From Archaeoglobus sp. JdFR-37 (lineage in GTDB: Archaea > Halobacteriota > Archaeoglobi > Archaeoglobales > Archaeoglobaceae), in contig MTMY01000047.1 of NCBI GenBank assembly GCA_002010215.1, positions 62,001 to 126,000 on the forward strand: DNA of 64,000 nucleotides, in the 5' to 3' direction. The notes under the pieces are model-generated. The model made no database searches. It was given only the letters and a program-made list of their open reading frames with translations, and had not been told where the DNA came from. Both the position numbers and the translations under genes were made by a program. This document shows positions 1-10,374 of this stretch, one piece after another; the first letter of the stretch is position 1, and every line of letters begins with the position of its first letter.

Positions 1-1134
1 CTAATTTCTGTTGTTGTAATCCTCGTCCTTATCCGGAAAATCAAAATTGGTTATTCCGTTCTCATCGGTACAGTTTTGCTCTCAGTCCTCACTCTCGGGA
101 GTAAAGGGATTTACGAGATCTTCAAGTCGTTTCTAGACATTTCCAATGCAGAAATTGTTGCTATCGTCATCCTCGCATTCGCCCTAGCCCAATCAATGGA
201 AAAGATGGGTATGCTGAAGGGGGTTTCATCTTCTCTATCTCCACTCTCTGGAGTGGAAGTAGCACTGATACCTCTTCTGATAGGTCTGCTTCCAATGCCT
301 GGAGGTGCTCTAGTTTCAGCGGTGATGATTTCGAGCCTCGCATCCAGGTATCAAATCGACCCTGAAAGAATGACCTTCATAAACTACTGGTTCAGGCACA
401 TCTGGGTGACTGTATGGCCATTGTATCCCAATGTCATAATTGCTTCAGCAGTAATGGATACTGACTTCCGCCATATTATTGGAGCGACTTATCCTATAGC
501 GCTTGCTGCCATCATATCTGCTATCCCATTCTCGAGAGGATTGTTTAGAAAACCTAGTAAGCCAGATTTGCATGAGCTGGTGGTCTCTTTCTCACCCATA
601 ATTCTTGTCGCAGCTCTTGCCCTGCTTTTCAAGATGAGCCTTCTGCTTTCGCTGCTTATAGCCATCCTGCTGCTTTTTGCAATAAAAAGGGAGTTTAAAG
701 CCATACCTGAAGTCTTCAAACGCTCCGTTGATCTGGAAATCCTAGTTCTGGTTTTTGCTGTGTTGGCGTATAGAGATCTGATAATCATTTCAGGAGCTGC
801 CGAGGATTTCCTGAATGCCGTGGTCTCTGCTGGCATCTCATCTTACGCTGCAGCCTTCTTGCTCTCTTTCTTTGTAGCTTTTTCTACAGGGATCGAGATG
901 TCATATACTTCAATAGCTCTTCCACTTCTTACTCCTTTCACCGGAACTGGAGATATAAACCAGAATTTTGTTCTGCTAATTTTTGCTGCTGGTTTTGCAG
1001 GTGTGATGCTCTCCCCACTTCACCTCTGTATTGTGCTATCTGCAAAGCACTTCAATGCTAATCTTAGAAAGGTTTACCACTACCTAATCCCAGCTTCAAT
1101 CATCATGCTGCTGCTGGTTTTTGCTTTTCTCTGA
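1..1134 (+). CDS. DUF401 / TIGR00529-family multi-pass membrane protein (5' partial)
   Basis: Frame is open from base 1 (LISVVVILVLIRKIKIG...). Motifs GLLPMPGGALVSA, INYWFRH and SPLHLC are typical of the family. Confidence 0.8.
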   Translation, partial: LISVVVILVLIRKIKIGYSVLIGTVLLSVLTLGSKGIYEIFKSFLDISNAEIVAIVILAFALAQSMEKMGMLKGVSSSLSPLSGVEVALIPLLIGLLPMPGGALVSAVMISSLASRYQIDPERMTFINYWFRHIWVTVWPLYPNVIIASAVMDTDFRHIIGATYPIALAAIISAIPFSRGLFRKPSKPDLHELVVSFSPIILVAALALLFKMSLLLSLLIAILLLFAIKREFKAIPEVFKRSVDLEILVLVFAVLAYRDLIIISGAAEDFLNAVVSAGISSYAAAFLLSFFVAFSTGIEMSYTSIALPLLTPFTGTGDINQNFVLLIFAAGFAGVMLSPLHLCIVLSAKHFNANLRKVYHYLIPASIIMLLLVFAFL

Positions 1135-3316
1135 GGTTGTTGTTAAACCTTTCTGTAAACACTAGAAAAGCGGGAACGATAGTCAATGCAGCAATCAAGC
1201 TGAAAACTATTGCAAGAACGCTCACAACCCCAAAATTAGCCATGATGGGGAAAGGTGAGACCAGCATGGCTGCAAAGCCGCCTGCCATAGTAAGGCCAGA
1301 GGTGAGGATGGCCTTGCCTATGTTCTCCACCGTAACTTCAACAGCCTTTTCTGGCGATAACCCTTTTCTGCGCTCTTCAAGGTACCTCTCCATGACATGA
1401 ATGGAGAAATCTATGCCCAGACCAATTGTAAGAGAGTTTAGGGATGCAGATATGAGGGTCCTCTCTATTCCGAACAGATACATAACTCCGCCTGTGACGG
1501 CTATAACTGTTGTGATCGGCAGCAGTGGAACTACAGCTTTGGAAATACTTCGATAGACCACGAGAAGCAAGAGGAAAACCAGAATGAAGCTGGCAATTGT
1601 CATCCTGTTCTGCCCGTTCACTATCAGGTCTGCCACAAACATCTTTAAAACTACATCTCCTGTGAGATAGTACCCATATCCTGCTCCGTAGAAGTCAATT
1701 TCTTCTTTGACTCGATCGTAGAGCTCTCTGAATTCTAGCCAGTCCATGGGTGCAACGGTGAAATAGATTGCCATGGTGCTTCCCGCCACGTACCTTTTGA
1801 CGTTATCTTCAGGCACAAGTTCCATGAATTTATAGAATTCCTCCTCATTCTCTGGCTGTTTTCCGAATCTAAAAAAGAGAGTAGTCAGATCTGCATAATC
1901 AGTTATTCTAGGTTCTGAAGAGGTGACATATTTTGCAAGGTTATTTATTTCATTTACCGTATCAAAATTCACTCCATCCGTCTCAAAAACGGCTATGATT
2001 CTGTCCTGGCTCCCCACCAAGCTTTGAAGCTCGTTGAATTTCCTCATGGCTGGCAAATCCTGGGGTATATACTTGAAGAAGTCTGTCTGAAGGTTTACGT
2101 TTGAATACCCGTAGTAACTAGAGACTATCACGATAGCTGTAATCAGCAAAACCGCCGAGGAGTATCGGGCAGTTCTGGCGGCAATTTTAAGCCCCTTATC
2201 AGTCACCCCTAGTTCTCTCTTCTGCACTTTTTCTCTATCCGTTCTGTCAGTAACAACCAGAATCGAGGGGAGAAAGGTCAGGCTGAGGATGTAAGCTATC
2301 ACAAGTCCTATAGCTGACAGAATTCCGAACCAGCTCAGACTTGGAACGCCGCTGAATACCATGGATAGAAATCCTATTACCGTGGTAATCATTGCAAGGC
2401 TCAGAGCTACACCAACACTTTTCACAGTAGCCGTAGCTGCCTGAACAGGTCTGACACCGTTTCTCCGCTCTTCCTCATATCTGCTCTGGAACTGGGCGGC
2501 ATACTCTATGCTTAATCCTATCAGAACTGGAAAAAAGGCGTTAGTTGTTTCGGTTAGCGGAATACCAAGCAATGGCATAAGACCGAAGGCCATGGTGGCT
2601 GTAAGTATTGAAATAAGGAGTGGGAGGAGCAGGTACTTTTTGCTGGTCACAACGCCTCTGAAAACGATGACAAGAATAGAGATCATCAGAATAACTGCAG
2701 CCATCCCCATTGTCTGCATGCTACCCTTTATGCTCTGGGTGACTTGGTACCTTATCATGGGGTTCCCGGTTGCTTCAACGGTTACTCCAGGAGGTGGAGT
2801 GTAAAAGGCAATCTTTCTCTCTATCTCCTTAGAAAGGCTCTCGAATTTGTCCTGAGATGCTGTAATCTCCAGCTCCATCAAGGCAAAGCTCTTCTTCGGG
2901 AGGTAGAAGTTCCCGTACTGGAATGCAAGCTCAGAAAGCAGCGATTCATCACTCGGCAGGTATCCAAGGCGGTTGTATATTGAATGGGCAGGACTTTTAA
3001 CCTCGCCAACTCCGTCAATTGCTGATAAGGCATTTCCAAGTTTAAGCATGAATTCAAAGGTTTCATAATTAACAACATCATCACCCTTTATGAAAACATA
3101 TACTGAGGCTATCGTCGTCCCAAAATCCTTGCTGAAGAGCTTATACTGCTTGAACTCCTTGTGCTCTTCACTGAAATACGTGTCGTATCCCTGAGCGTAT
3201 TTGACGTTGCTTGCAGCATTTATTGCCAGCAGAAAAAGGATGAAGGTAAGGGCTAAGGTTGTAATAGGGAATCTGGAGGACGCAAGTGAAAAGAAATCGA
3301 ATATTTTGTCCCTCAT
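1103..3316 (-). CDS. RND-superfamily transporter (HAE3/MMPL-like)
   Basis: 737 aa in two internally repeated halves. GLSIEY and GLGIDFSIH TM4-type motifs; large extracellular loops. Confidence 0.85.
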   Translation of the reverse strand: MRDKIFDFFSLASSRFPITTLALTFILFLLAINAASNVKYAQGYDTYFSEEHKEFKQYKLFSKDFGTTIASVYVFIKGDDVVNYETFEFMLKLGNALSAIDGVGEVKSPAHSIYNRLGYLPSDESLLSELAFQYGNFYLPKKSFALMELEITASQDKFESLSKEIERKIAFYTPPPGVTVEATGNPMIRYQVTQSIKGSMQTMGMAAVILMISILVIVFRGVVTSKKYLLLPLLISILTATMAFGLMPLLGIPLTETTNAFFPVLIGLSIEYAAQFQSRYEEERRNGVRPVQAATATVKSVGVALSLAMITTVIGFLSMVFSGVPSLSWFGILSAIGLVIAYILSLTFLPSILVVTDRTDREKVQKRELGVTDKGLKIAARTARYSSAVLLITAIVIVSSYYGYSNVNLQTDFFKYIPQDLPAMRKFNELQSLVGSQDRIIAVFETDGVNFDTVNEINNLAKYVTSSEPRITDYADLTTLFFRFGKQPENEEEFYKFMELVPEDNVKRYVAGSTMAIYFTVAPMDWLEFRELYDRVKEEIDFYGAGYGYYLTGDVVLKMFVADLIVNGQNRMTIASFILVFLLLLVVYRSISKAVVPLLPITTVIAVTGGVMYLFGIERTLISASLNSLTIGLGIDFSIHVMERYLEERRKGLSPEKAVEVTVENIGKAILTSGLTMAGGFAAMLVSPFPIMANFGVVSVLAIVFSLIAALTIVPAFLVFTERFNNNLREKQKPAAA

Positions 3317-3370
3317 ATGTTTCTCATCTCTTCTTCAACTCTTCCTCATCCCTTTCTCACTTCCACACTT

Positions 3371-5212
3371 TTACTGCTCACCCTTTTCCTCTTGCTTTTT
3401 CCTGCTCATCCCGTATGCAATTGCTGAACCAACAAGTATCACCAAAGTAATAGTTCCAGTGAGGGGTATCTTGGATTTTTTCTCCCTCACTTCTATGGGC
3501 ATCTTGACAGGCTCGCTTATAACCCACTCACCGCTGACATCCCTGTATTTTACCTCAAGATTCAGGGCGTAGAGCTTCGGCGTTGCATCGCTGTCCACTT
3601 TCAGTTTAAATGTGACGTTTTTTGCCTCTCCTGGTTTGAGGGTGCCGATATAAGCGGTATCATCTGTTGTTGAAAATGGATCAACGACGGTTATTCTGGC
3701 TGTGGCGTCTCTAACTTCAAAATTGCCGGCATTTCTGACCTTAACACTTACAAGCCTCTCGCTACCTGCCTCCAAGGTGCCTTCCCCTACAACTTCAAAC
3801 TTCATCTTTGGTTTTACTTCAACACCTGCATCTATCTCCTCGCTTATCTCCTCGCCACCTAAGTTGTACGTGAACTTCAATTTGGCTGGATAAACGCCTT
3901 CTGCATCTGAAAGTGCCTTCAGTTTGAATGAGACATCAAAAATTCCATTCATGTCGCCAACAAAGGTCTCCTTTACGATGGCGGACAATGGGGGATTGGT
4001 TACGATCTCAACCTTCAGATTTTTGACAGGTTTACTAACTTCTACTGAAAAAGCAACATCCCCTTTGCTTCCAGCGTAAAGGCTTGATGAAGAGGACACG
4101 ACCTTGAACTGCGGGGTTTCTTCTATCTCAACTCCAAATGGAATGGTGTCTGTCTGCTTAACGTTCCCATTCTCATCAACATAAACACCTCTTATCTGAA
4201 ATGCATACAGCCCAGGCTCATCCCCGGCTTTTATTTTGAAGGTTGCATTGGCTTTTTCGCCAGGTTTGAGGTCACCAATAAAGTAAACACCTTTTGACAG
4301 GGCTGATTGGGCTTCGGGCGGGAGTTGAAGGGTTTGCTGTGGAATCTCGAAGCCAGCTATGGTGGGTATCATCTGAGCCAGCATCGAGAGGTCGAGTTCT
4401 GGAAGTTTCTGCTGGGTTGAAATCGGGACGATTCCTGAAGGAGTACTTAGAATCAGAAAGAGGTTTTTAGCCTCTTTTTCTCCTGCATTGACAACTTCTA
4501 ACTCAATTTCACCTTTTCCTTTTGCCACAAGGCGGGATGAGACGTTTTCAATTCTGAGTTGAATGCTCTCTTCCACAACAACCTCCAGAGTTATTTCCTG
4601 CTCCTTTTCATCGAATTTGTACTTCAGATAGCTTGTGTAGGGTTGCATAGGCTCGTTTACCACAGTGGTCTTTTGCAGGTTTTGGGTAGGATTCAACGGG
4701 TTGTACGTTCCATTATACTCATAAACAACTTCTTTCGTTGCTTCAGGGTATGTTGGAGTTTTTGTAGAAACTGAAATTGAGTCTATGACTTCATATTTCA
4801 CCTTCACTTTAATTTGGTGCTCTCCACTGCTAGCGTTCCCACCTATCCTTACTTTGAGGGGGATCTGGAGGGGCTGGAAGGGTTTTATTGCTGGGAACCT
4901 CATCACATCTGTGAGAGGTATAACCTCACCATCTCCTTCGAAACTCAGCGTAACATTGTAGGCTACGAGGAGCTGTGTGGGATCGCTGCTGAATATTTTA
5001 TATTCCGTAAAATCGTCGTAGATTACCTTTCTTAAAATGGCATTATTCTGAATTACAAGCTGAAGCGTTGTATCTCCACCCTTATTTACATAATTGCTTC
5101 CAGCAACATATGCAGTAAAGAAGGGTTCATCGCTGTAGCTTAAAGCTTGGACTCCGGGTGTTAAAATTGCCATAATCAGCATCAGAAATAATATCCGTCT
5201 CATGTATATCAC
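3371..5212 (-). CDS. COG1361 S-layer-domain family surface protein
   Basis: Signal peptide, repeated beta-sandwich units with IGDLKPGE/IGTLKPGE, C-terminal TM anchor. Typical partner upstream of archaeal HAE3 RND genes. Confidence 0.8.
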   Translation of the reverse strand: MIYMRRILFLMLIMAILTPGVQALSYSDEPFFTAYVAGSNYVNKGGDTTLQLVIQNNAILRKVIYDDFTEYKIFSSDPTQLLVAYNVTLSFEGDGEVIPLTDVMRFPAIKPFQPLQIPLKVRIGGNASSGEHQIKVKVKYEVIDSISVSTKTPTYPEATKEVVYEYNGTYNPLNPTQNLQKTTVVNEPMQPYTSYLKYKFDEKEQEITLEVVVEESIQLRIENVSSRLVAKGKGEIELEVVNAGEKEAKNLFLILSTPSGIVPISTQQKLPELDLSMLAQMIPTIAGFEIPQQTLQLPPEAQSALSKGVYFIGDLKPGEKANATFKIKAGDEPGLYAFQIRGVYVDENGNVKQTDTIPFGVEIEETPQFKVVSSSSSLYAGSKGDVAFSVEVSKPVKNLKVEIVTNPPLSAIVKETFVGDMNGIFDVSFKLKALSDAEGVYPAKLKFTYNLGGEEISEEIDAGVEVKPKMKFEVVGEGTLEAGSERLVSVKVRNAGNFEVRDATARITVVDPFSTTDDTAYIGTLKPGEAKNVTFKLKVDSDATPKLYALNLEVKYRDVSGEWVISEPVKMPIEVREKKSKIPLTGTITLVILVGSAIAYGMSRKKQEEKGEQ

Positions 5213-5213
5213 C

Positions 5214-5237
5214 TTGTAGTAGCTGAAACTACGACAA
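5214..5237. promoter_or_regulatory. Palindromic candidate operator TTGTAGTAG-N6-CTACGACAA in the divergent COG1361/TrmB promoter
   Basis: 8/9 inverted repeat, adjacent to a TTTTAAAA TATA-like box at about 5240. Confidence 0.5.
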
Positions 5238-5268
5238 AGTTTTAAAAAAGTTTCTGAAAATTATAGAT

Positions 5269-5919
5269 GTGGAGAAGCTGTTTGGGGTGATGAAGGAGTT
5301 TGGACTGAGTGAATATGAATCGCGAGTAATGATTGCGCTTATGGTGACAGGCAGAGAGATGGGTGCCAGCGAGCTTTCGGAAATCAGCGGAGTTCCGCGA
5401 ACCTCTGTTTACTCAACGGTAAAAAGCCTTTCGGAAAAAGGTCTTGTTGAGATTTTCGGAAAGCCCATGAAAGTCAGGTCTATTCCCGGGGAGGAGCTTA
5501 TGAACATATTTTCCAGAAAGATGAAGGAGCGATTGAGTCTGCTGAAACGTGAGCTTGACAACATACCCAAAAGGTCAGTTGAGGAGGTGGGTTTTTACTC
5601 AGGGGATGCAGCAAAGGAGATTCTACAGAGGGAGCTGAGGAATGCAAGGAAAGAGGTAATGGCTGTTTGTATAGGTGATTCTACCGTTATCGAGGAAATT
5701 TTCAGGGATGTAAAATGCAAGATAACTTTCAGAAAGGTTGGGACAGGAAGCAATTTTGGTCACGGATTGATTCTCGTAGATGGTAGTAAGGCACTGCTAT
5801 TTTTTGTCCAGTCTGGTCTTACAAGAGTTTTAATCGGAGGCGGGGAATTTGCCTCCTTTTACAGAGAATTACTGATGGCTTATTCTGGAAAATTTCCGGA
5901 AAATACCTCGGAAAATTAG
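5269..5919 (+). CDS. TrmB-family transcriptional regulator
   Basis: FGLSEYESRV...ASELSEISGVPRTSVY...L.EKGLVE is the TrmB wHTH. Confidence 0.88.
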   Translation: MEKLFGVMKEFGLSEYESRVMIALMVTGREMGASELSEISGVPRTSVYSTVKSLSEKGLVEIFGKPMKVRSIPGEELMNIFSRKMKERLSLLKRELDNIPKRSVEEVGFYSGDAAKEILQRELRNARKEVMAVCIGDSTVIEEIFRDVKCKITFRKVGTGSNFGHGLILVDGSKALLFFVQSGLTRVLIGGGEFASFYRELLMAYSGKFPENTSEN

Positions 5920-5937
5920 AAAAAGAGCAGTAAATTT

Positions 5938-6204
5938 TCAGCCAGCCTCCAGAAGCTCTATACCATCATCTGTCAGTTTCAGCCTTCCATTTTCTTCCAC
6001 AACAAAACCCTCCCTGATCAGCCAGTCAAGATTGAATTTGAACTGGAATTCTGTCAGGTTTAACTCTTTTTTCAACTCTTCTCTGCTCTTTCCTTGTACA
6101 CCTATTGCAGCAACGATCTGCCTTCTGATAGGGCTCATGGACGCTTTGAATAACCTCTCGTGGTGGCTTCTGTCTCTCTCCTTTTTCTCAACCATGGCAG
6201 ACAC
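5938..6204 (-). CDS. Small winged-HTH (ArsR-like) protein
   Basis: SPIRRQI...ELKKELNL...FNLDWL..EGFV....KLT..G wHTH pattern. Confidence 0.7.
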   Translation of the reverse strand: MSAMVEKKERDRSHHERLFKASMSPIRRQIVAAIGVQGKSREELKKELNLTEFQFKFNLDWLIREGFVVEENGRLKLTDDGIELLEAG

Positions 6205-6305
6205 CTAGGCATTGTAAAATGTCGATAAGATATATTTTTTTCGAGATGGTGAGGTTGAGGGCCAATATTATTTTTCGAAACACTTGTAATAAGTAATTTA
6301 TCCAA

Positions 6306-7694
6306 TCAATTGCGAAGCTGAGCCCCGATAATCCCATCCAGTTCCTTCAAAAAGGCATCTTCGCTACCCTTCGGAATAGTTGCACCTGCAGCAATACTGT
6401 GCCCTCCTCCCTTCCCCCCAACCTTCTCCGCAGCAATCCTCAAAGCTTCTGCGAGATGAACTCCTTTCTCCACAAGTCTCTGGGTAGCTCTTGCTGAGAC
6501 CTTAATCCCATCCTCGTTCTCTGCAAAGGCTATAATTGGCTTATTCAGGTTTGCTTTTGAGAAACTCATTCCTGCTACTATTCCTACTATGGTGTCCAGA
6601 ATCATGTTTCCGGCATGAAAATACTGTATATTCTCCAATTCATTCATTCCTATCTCGTCCACGAGCTTCAGACCATCTGAAAGATTTCTCCTGTGGTTTC
6701 TCAACAGCATCGTTGCTTCTTTCAACGCATCTCCTCTGTCACCCATACAGACTTTCAGTCCAATCTCTTCATACCCGTATCTGGCTGTGGCATTCAAGAG
6801 GGTGGAGAATTCCATAGCATCTCTGAGTTCCGTCCCTTCTTCTTCATTCAGCAAGATGTATGTCTCTCCAACAATCCTTTCAATCGTTCTGACGCTGGCT
6901 CCGTTGCCTACCAGCACCTTTATAATCTCGGATATCACAAGCTTCTTCTCCTCTCTACTCAGATGTATCCAATGCCTCCATGTTCCGTTCTCTTTGAGGT
7001 CTATTCCAAGAGATGTCAGGAGCTCAATTGCCCCCTTCTCATTCCCGCTGATTCCCGGGAGGTAGGGGTCGAATGTGTATTCCAGCATTTTGTAGACTGG
7101 TCTAGTCTGTTTACCAAAAAAGCGTAAATCTCTCTCCACAGTCAGAGCTTTGCATGAGACTGCCTCTTTTAAAATAAACCTATTTAGACCCTCTAGCCTT
7201 CCGGTTCTTGAGTCCTGTAAATCACCCACTGCCCCCACAACTGAAAGGGCAGAAAGATCAAGGTTCGTGCCGACAAATCCTATGTATCTGGCGATGAGAT
7301 ATGTTGTTGTGGCTCCGCTTAACTCCGTGCTACCATCAAAACCGAAATCATGGGGATTAAGCTGAAATTGGAAGTTTTCGAGTGGGACGTGATGATCTGA
7401 GATTGCACACTGGCTATGAATACCGTGCTTTTTAATGAGATCCAGCTGCCCGCTTCCCAGATCCGTGAACCATACAAAGGAGCCATGGTCAGCTATTTTC
7501 TCAATATTCTCTTCATCCAGCTGCTTTACGAAGACAATATCGCTTTCAAATCCTGCCCTCTCAAGGGCCTGAAGAGCTATGGCTCCGGCAGTTATACCGT
7601 CAGCATCTATGTGGGTGACAACAAGAGCTTCATCCACTTCAGAAATGTGCTTGGCAAGCTCTTTGGCTCTGTTTAGAAGGTCACGTAAAGCCAT
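6306..7694 (-). CDS. DHH/DHHA1 phosphoesterase (archaeal RecJ/Cdc45-like)
   Basis: HIDADG, TDLGS, SDHH and GGGHSIAAGA motifs. Confidence 0.88.
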   Translation of the reverse strand: MALRDLLNRAKELAKHISEVDEALVVTHIDADGITAGAIALQALERAGFESDIVFVKQLDEENIEKIADHGSFVWFTDLGSGQLDLIKKHGIHSQCAISDHHVPLENFQFQLNPHDFGFDGSTELSGATTTYLIARYIGFVGTNLDLSALSVVGAVGDLQDSRTGRLEGLNRFILKEAVSCKALTVERDLRFFGKQTRPVYKMLEYTFDPYLPGISGNEKGAIELLTSLGIDLKENGTWRHWIHLSREEKKLVISEIIKVLVGNGASVRTIERIVGETYILLNEEEGTELRDAMEFSTLLNATARYGYEEIGLKVCMGDRGDALKEATMLLRNHRRNLSDGLKLVDEIGMNELENIQYFHAGNMILDTIVGIVAGMSFSKANLNKPIIAFAENEDGIKVSARATQRLVEKGVHLAEALRIAAEKVGGKGGGHSIAAGATIPKGSEDAFLKELDGIIGAQLRN

Positions 7695-7977
7695 TGGACA
7701 CACAACTGCATGGAAATATTAAGGATTTTTGGGTGGGGTGAAAGTAATGTGGAAAATGATAGCTATGCTGTTAAAATAATTGACTTCTAATAGTTAACCT
7801 TCAGTTTTTGGAATGGAAATAAGATGTCGGGAGAATTAGAGGTTTTTAAACTTGGAAATGTAGAGAAAAATCATTGTTTGTAATAGAAGAAAACTCCAAA
7901 GTTCTATAAGACCAACTCAAGATTAGATTGATAGACTAAGAGTAAATTAAAGAGGAATTCAAAAGCATCAAAAGTGA

Positions 7978-8814
7978 TTAAACAAAAAGAATATCAAGCT
8001 TTGGTCTCTTCAAAACCCCCTTCTCTACAGCCATCTCAAACATCCGCTCTATAGCCTCAACAACGCTTTCTGGCATTTCATAGGTGTACTCGTTCACATA
8101 CATGGTGGCAAACTTTTTGGTCATCTCTTTGTCCATTCCTCTTGCAAATTTCATGGCATAATCCACAGCCTCATCCGGATTCTCGATAGCGTATGCAATA
8201 CTCTCTTTCAGAGCCACCAGAAAAGCTCTCTGAACCTCTTCAGGCAAATCTCTGCGGATGACATTGACACCAAGGGGAAGAGGCAAAGAAGTTTGCTCAT
8301 ACCACCATTCCCAGAGATCCAGAACCTTTGGAAGGCCGTGTTCAGCGTAGGTTAGCTGCCCCTCGTGAATCAGCAATCCGGCATCCACATCTCTCCTTTT
8401 CACTGCATTTATTATTGTGTCGAATCTCATCTCAACAGGGTGATAGTCATCTATAGCTAGCTTCAGCAGCAGATTTGCCGTGGTGTATTTTCCGGGAATT
8501 GCTATTTTACAGCCTTTAAGCCTTTCAAGTCCTTCAGACTCCTCCAAACTCACGTCACTCCTAGCAACAACTATTGGACCATAACCATCTCCTACCGAGG
8601 CACCAGCAGACAGGATTCGGTATCTCTCATGAAGATATGCGTAGGCATGGAGCGATAGGGCTGTAACATCAAGCTGCGCATCAAAAGCCATTTTGTTCAG
8701 GGTTTCAATATCTTCTATGAGGTGTTCAACTTCAAAATCCATCTTTATTTTCCTAGATACCATGGCATAAAACATGAAAGCATCATCAGCATCTGGTGTG
8801 TGGGCCACAATCAT
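7978..8814 (-). CDS. mqnD: 1,4-dihydroxy-6-naphthoate synthase (futalosine menaquinone pathway)
   Basis: AHTPDADDAFMFYA, IPGKYTTA, LIHEG and PLPLG motifs of the MqnA/MqnD family, MqnD type. Confidence 0.8.
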   Translation of the reverse strand: MIVAHTPDADDAFMFYAMVSRKIKMDFEVEHLIEDIETLNKMAFDAQLDVTALSLHAYAYLHERYRILSAGASVGDGYGPIVVARSDVSLEESEGLERLKGCKIAIPGKYTTANLLLKLAIDDYHPVEMRFDTIINAVKRRDVDAGLLIHEGQLTYAEHGLPKVLDLWEWWYEQTSLPLPLGVNVIRRDLPEEVQRAFLVALKESIAYAIENPDEAVDYAMKFARGMDKEMTKKFATMYVNEYTYEMPESVVEAIERMFEMAVEKGVLKRPKLDILFV

Positions 8815-8995
8815 AAGGGCAGGGCTGTAAAGTTAGTTTAAATATGCTTTGCTGTTAGAGGGCAAGGGTGACAACTCAGAAATGGGACGACTCTAAAACT
8901 CTAAACAACTCTAAACACAGAAGATGAAAAGTTGATCAAGCTAAATCAGTCAAGTTAAGTAATTAAAAGCATTAAGAGCAGTAATTAAACAAAAA

Positions 8996-9712
8996 TTAAA
9001 CAAATATATTGGCACAGCACTCCCTGAACTCCTTGTAGGCCTCAACCACGTCTTTTCCTTCCACAAAGGTCAAACTGTTTTCCTCAGCGTATCTGATTGC
9101 CTTAGCCTTTGGCAGTGCCTTTCCCGTTTCGGCATCAAGCATCTCGCAAATGGCAACAGCAGGAGCGATTCCAGCCATCTCTGCTATGGCTACGCTCAGC
9201 TCTGTCTGCCCGACTCTGGAATATGTTAGGTCAGTTGAAGCCTTAAGGACTGCAACGTGTCCCGGACTTCTGAATTCTGATGCAAAATCGAAGTCTCCGC
9301 CATTCAGAACTGAATCAACAGCTTCGCCAAGTTTTCGTATAGTTAGGGCCCTGTCAACATCGGTAATGCCAGTAAAGGTGCTTCGATGGTTGACCCAGAG
9401 TGAGAAGGACGAGCGGGAATCGTAGCGTATGTCAAATCTGGAGAGGTCTGCCAGCAGAGGGAATTTTTGAGATGCCTCCTGTAAAACATCATGCATGAAA
9501 GGCAGGCCAAGCTTGTCAGCTGCCACAGGATGCAGAGCCACGCATATAAGCCCGCCACCATCCATTCGCATCATTGTCACATCTCTAGGCTCAACGCTGA
9601 AGGCAGGGATGGCTATATCGGTTTCGCCCTCCCTATCATCAAAATCGTATATGAGAATTGCTTCACCTTTCCTGAAAGCCTCAAGAGCATCTTCAATCAC
9701 AGTATTGGTCAC
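8996..9712 (-). CDS. ribB: 3,4-dihydroxy-2-butanone-4-phosphate synthase
   Basis: DREGETD, GGLICV, TGITDVDR, FRSPGH, RVGQTE and CEM motifs. Confidence 0.95.
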   Translation of the reverse strand: MTNTVIEDALEAFRKGEAILIYDFDDREGETDIAIPAFSVEPRDVTMMRMDGGGLICVALHPVAADKLGLPFMHDVLQEASQKFPLLADLSRFDIRYDSRSSFSLWVNHRSTFTGITDVDRALTIRKLGEAVDSVLNGGDFDFASEFRSPGHVAVLKASTDLTYSRVGQTELSVAIAEMAGIAPAVAICEMLDAETGKALPKAKAIRYAEENSLTFVEGKDVVEAYKEFRECCANIFV

Positions 9713-10356
9713 AGAATCACCTCCACTTCTACAACATCTCCGTCCTTCAGATTCAGCCTATCCCTAAGCTTCACAGGAGCTATGACTTCCAGCACATCGG
9801 CCTGATAATGGCTCCTGACTGGCAAAACAACAGCTCCTTCAACCCCATCTATTCTGCATCTAAAGGCTTTAACATCTCCAAAGGTCCTGTTTTCAGAAAC
9901 AAACCCAGAGATAATTATACCCTCCTCTTCATCCAGCATTTTTCTGAAATACATCTGCTCTTTTGGAATTTTCAGGTTGAGAGTTCCAGGATATGGATCA
10001 AAACCCAGCTTCTCCACAAACTGCTTTCTGTAACCCTCCAAGGATACATAATAGCCTCCTTCTCCCATCCCGCTCATAACTTTCCCTGATATCACAATTC
10101 TCTCCTCACCCTCAAATATTCGCTTGTAGTCGAGGTACTCCCTATAAAGGGTGTCCCTGCCTTTTCCAGTTATCACAACATACTGGCCATCTTTGTCAAG
10201 CATTCTTTCGATTAATTCGGCATCTTCAAGCTCCTTCAACTTTCTTGCGGCTGTTTGTAGGCTTTGACCAATCTCAGCAGCCAAATCTTTGGAACTGAGC
10301 TTTATAACCTTCTTTATTGCGCCAAGCTGTGCAAGCCTCTTGAGTACCTCAAGCAT
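9709..10356 (-). CDS. ribK: CTP-dependent riboflavin kinase with N-terminal wHTH (RbkR-type bifunctional regulator)
   Basis: wHTH (LAAEIGQSLQTAARKL) plus SGMGEG..Y, PYPGTLN and EVIAPVKLR. Start placed at ATG 10356, downstream of the TATA-like box. Confidence 0.92.
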   Translation of the reverse strand: MLEVLKRLAQLGAIKKVIKLSSKDLAAEIGQSLQTAARKLKELEDAELIERMLDKDGQYVVITGKGRDTLYREYLDYKRIFEGEERIVISGKVMSGMGEGGYYVSLEGYRKQFVEKLGFDPYPGTLNLKIPKEQMYFRKMLDEEEGIIISGFVSENRTFGDVKAFRCRIDGVEGAVVLPVRSHYQADVLEVIAPVKLRDRLNLKDGDVVEVEVIL

Positions 10357-10374
10357 CTTCTCATGATTGAGAAG
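10357..10374. promoter_or_regulatory. Perfect palindrome CTTCTCA-N4-TGAGAAG, candidate RbkR operator
   Basis: 7-bp perfect inverted repeat directly upstream of the ribK ATG, between it and a TTTTTATG box. Confidence 0.65.

Noticed and set aside
7704..7977. Fragments resembling archaeal CRISPR repeat ends (GAATGGAAAT, GTTCTATAAGAC)
   Set aside because: No repeated unit at regular spacing and no cas genes; consistent with AT-rich intergenic sequence.
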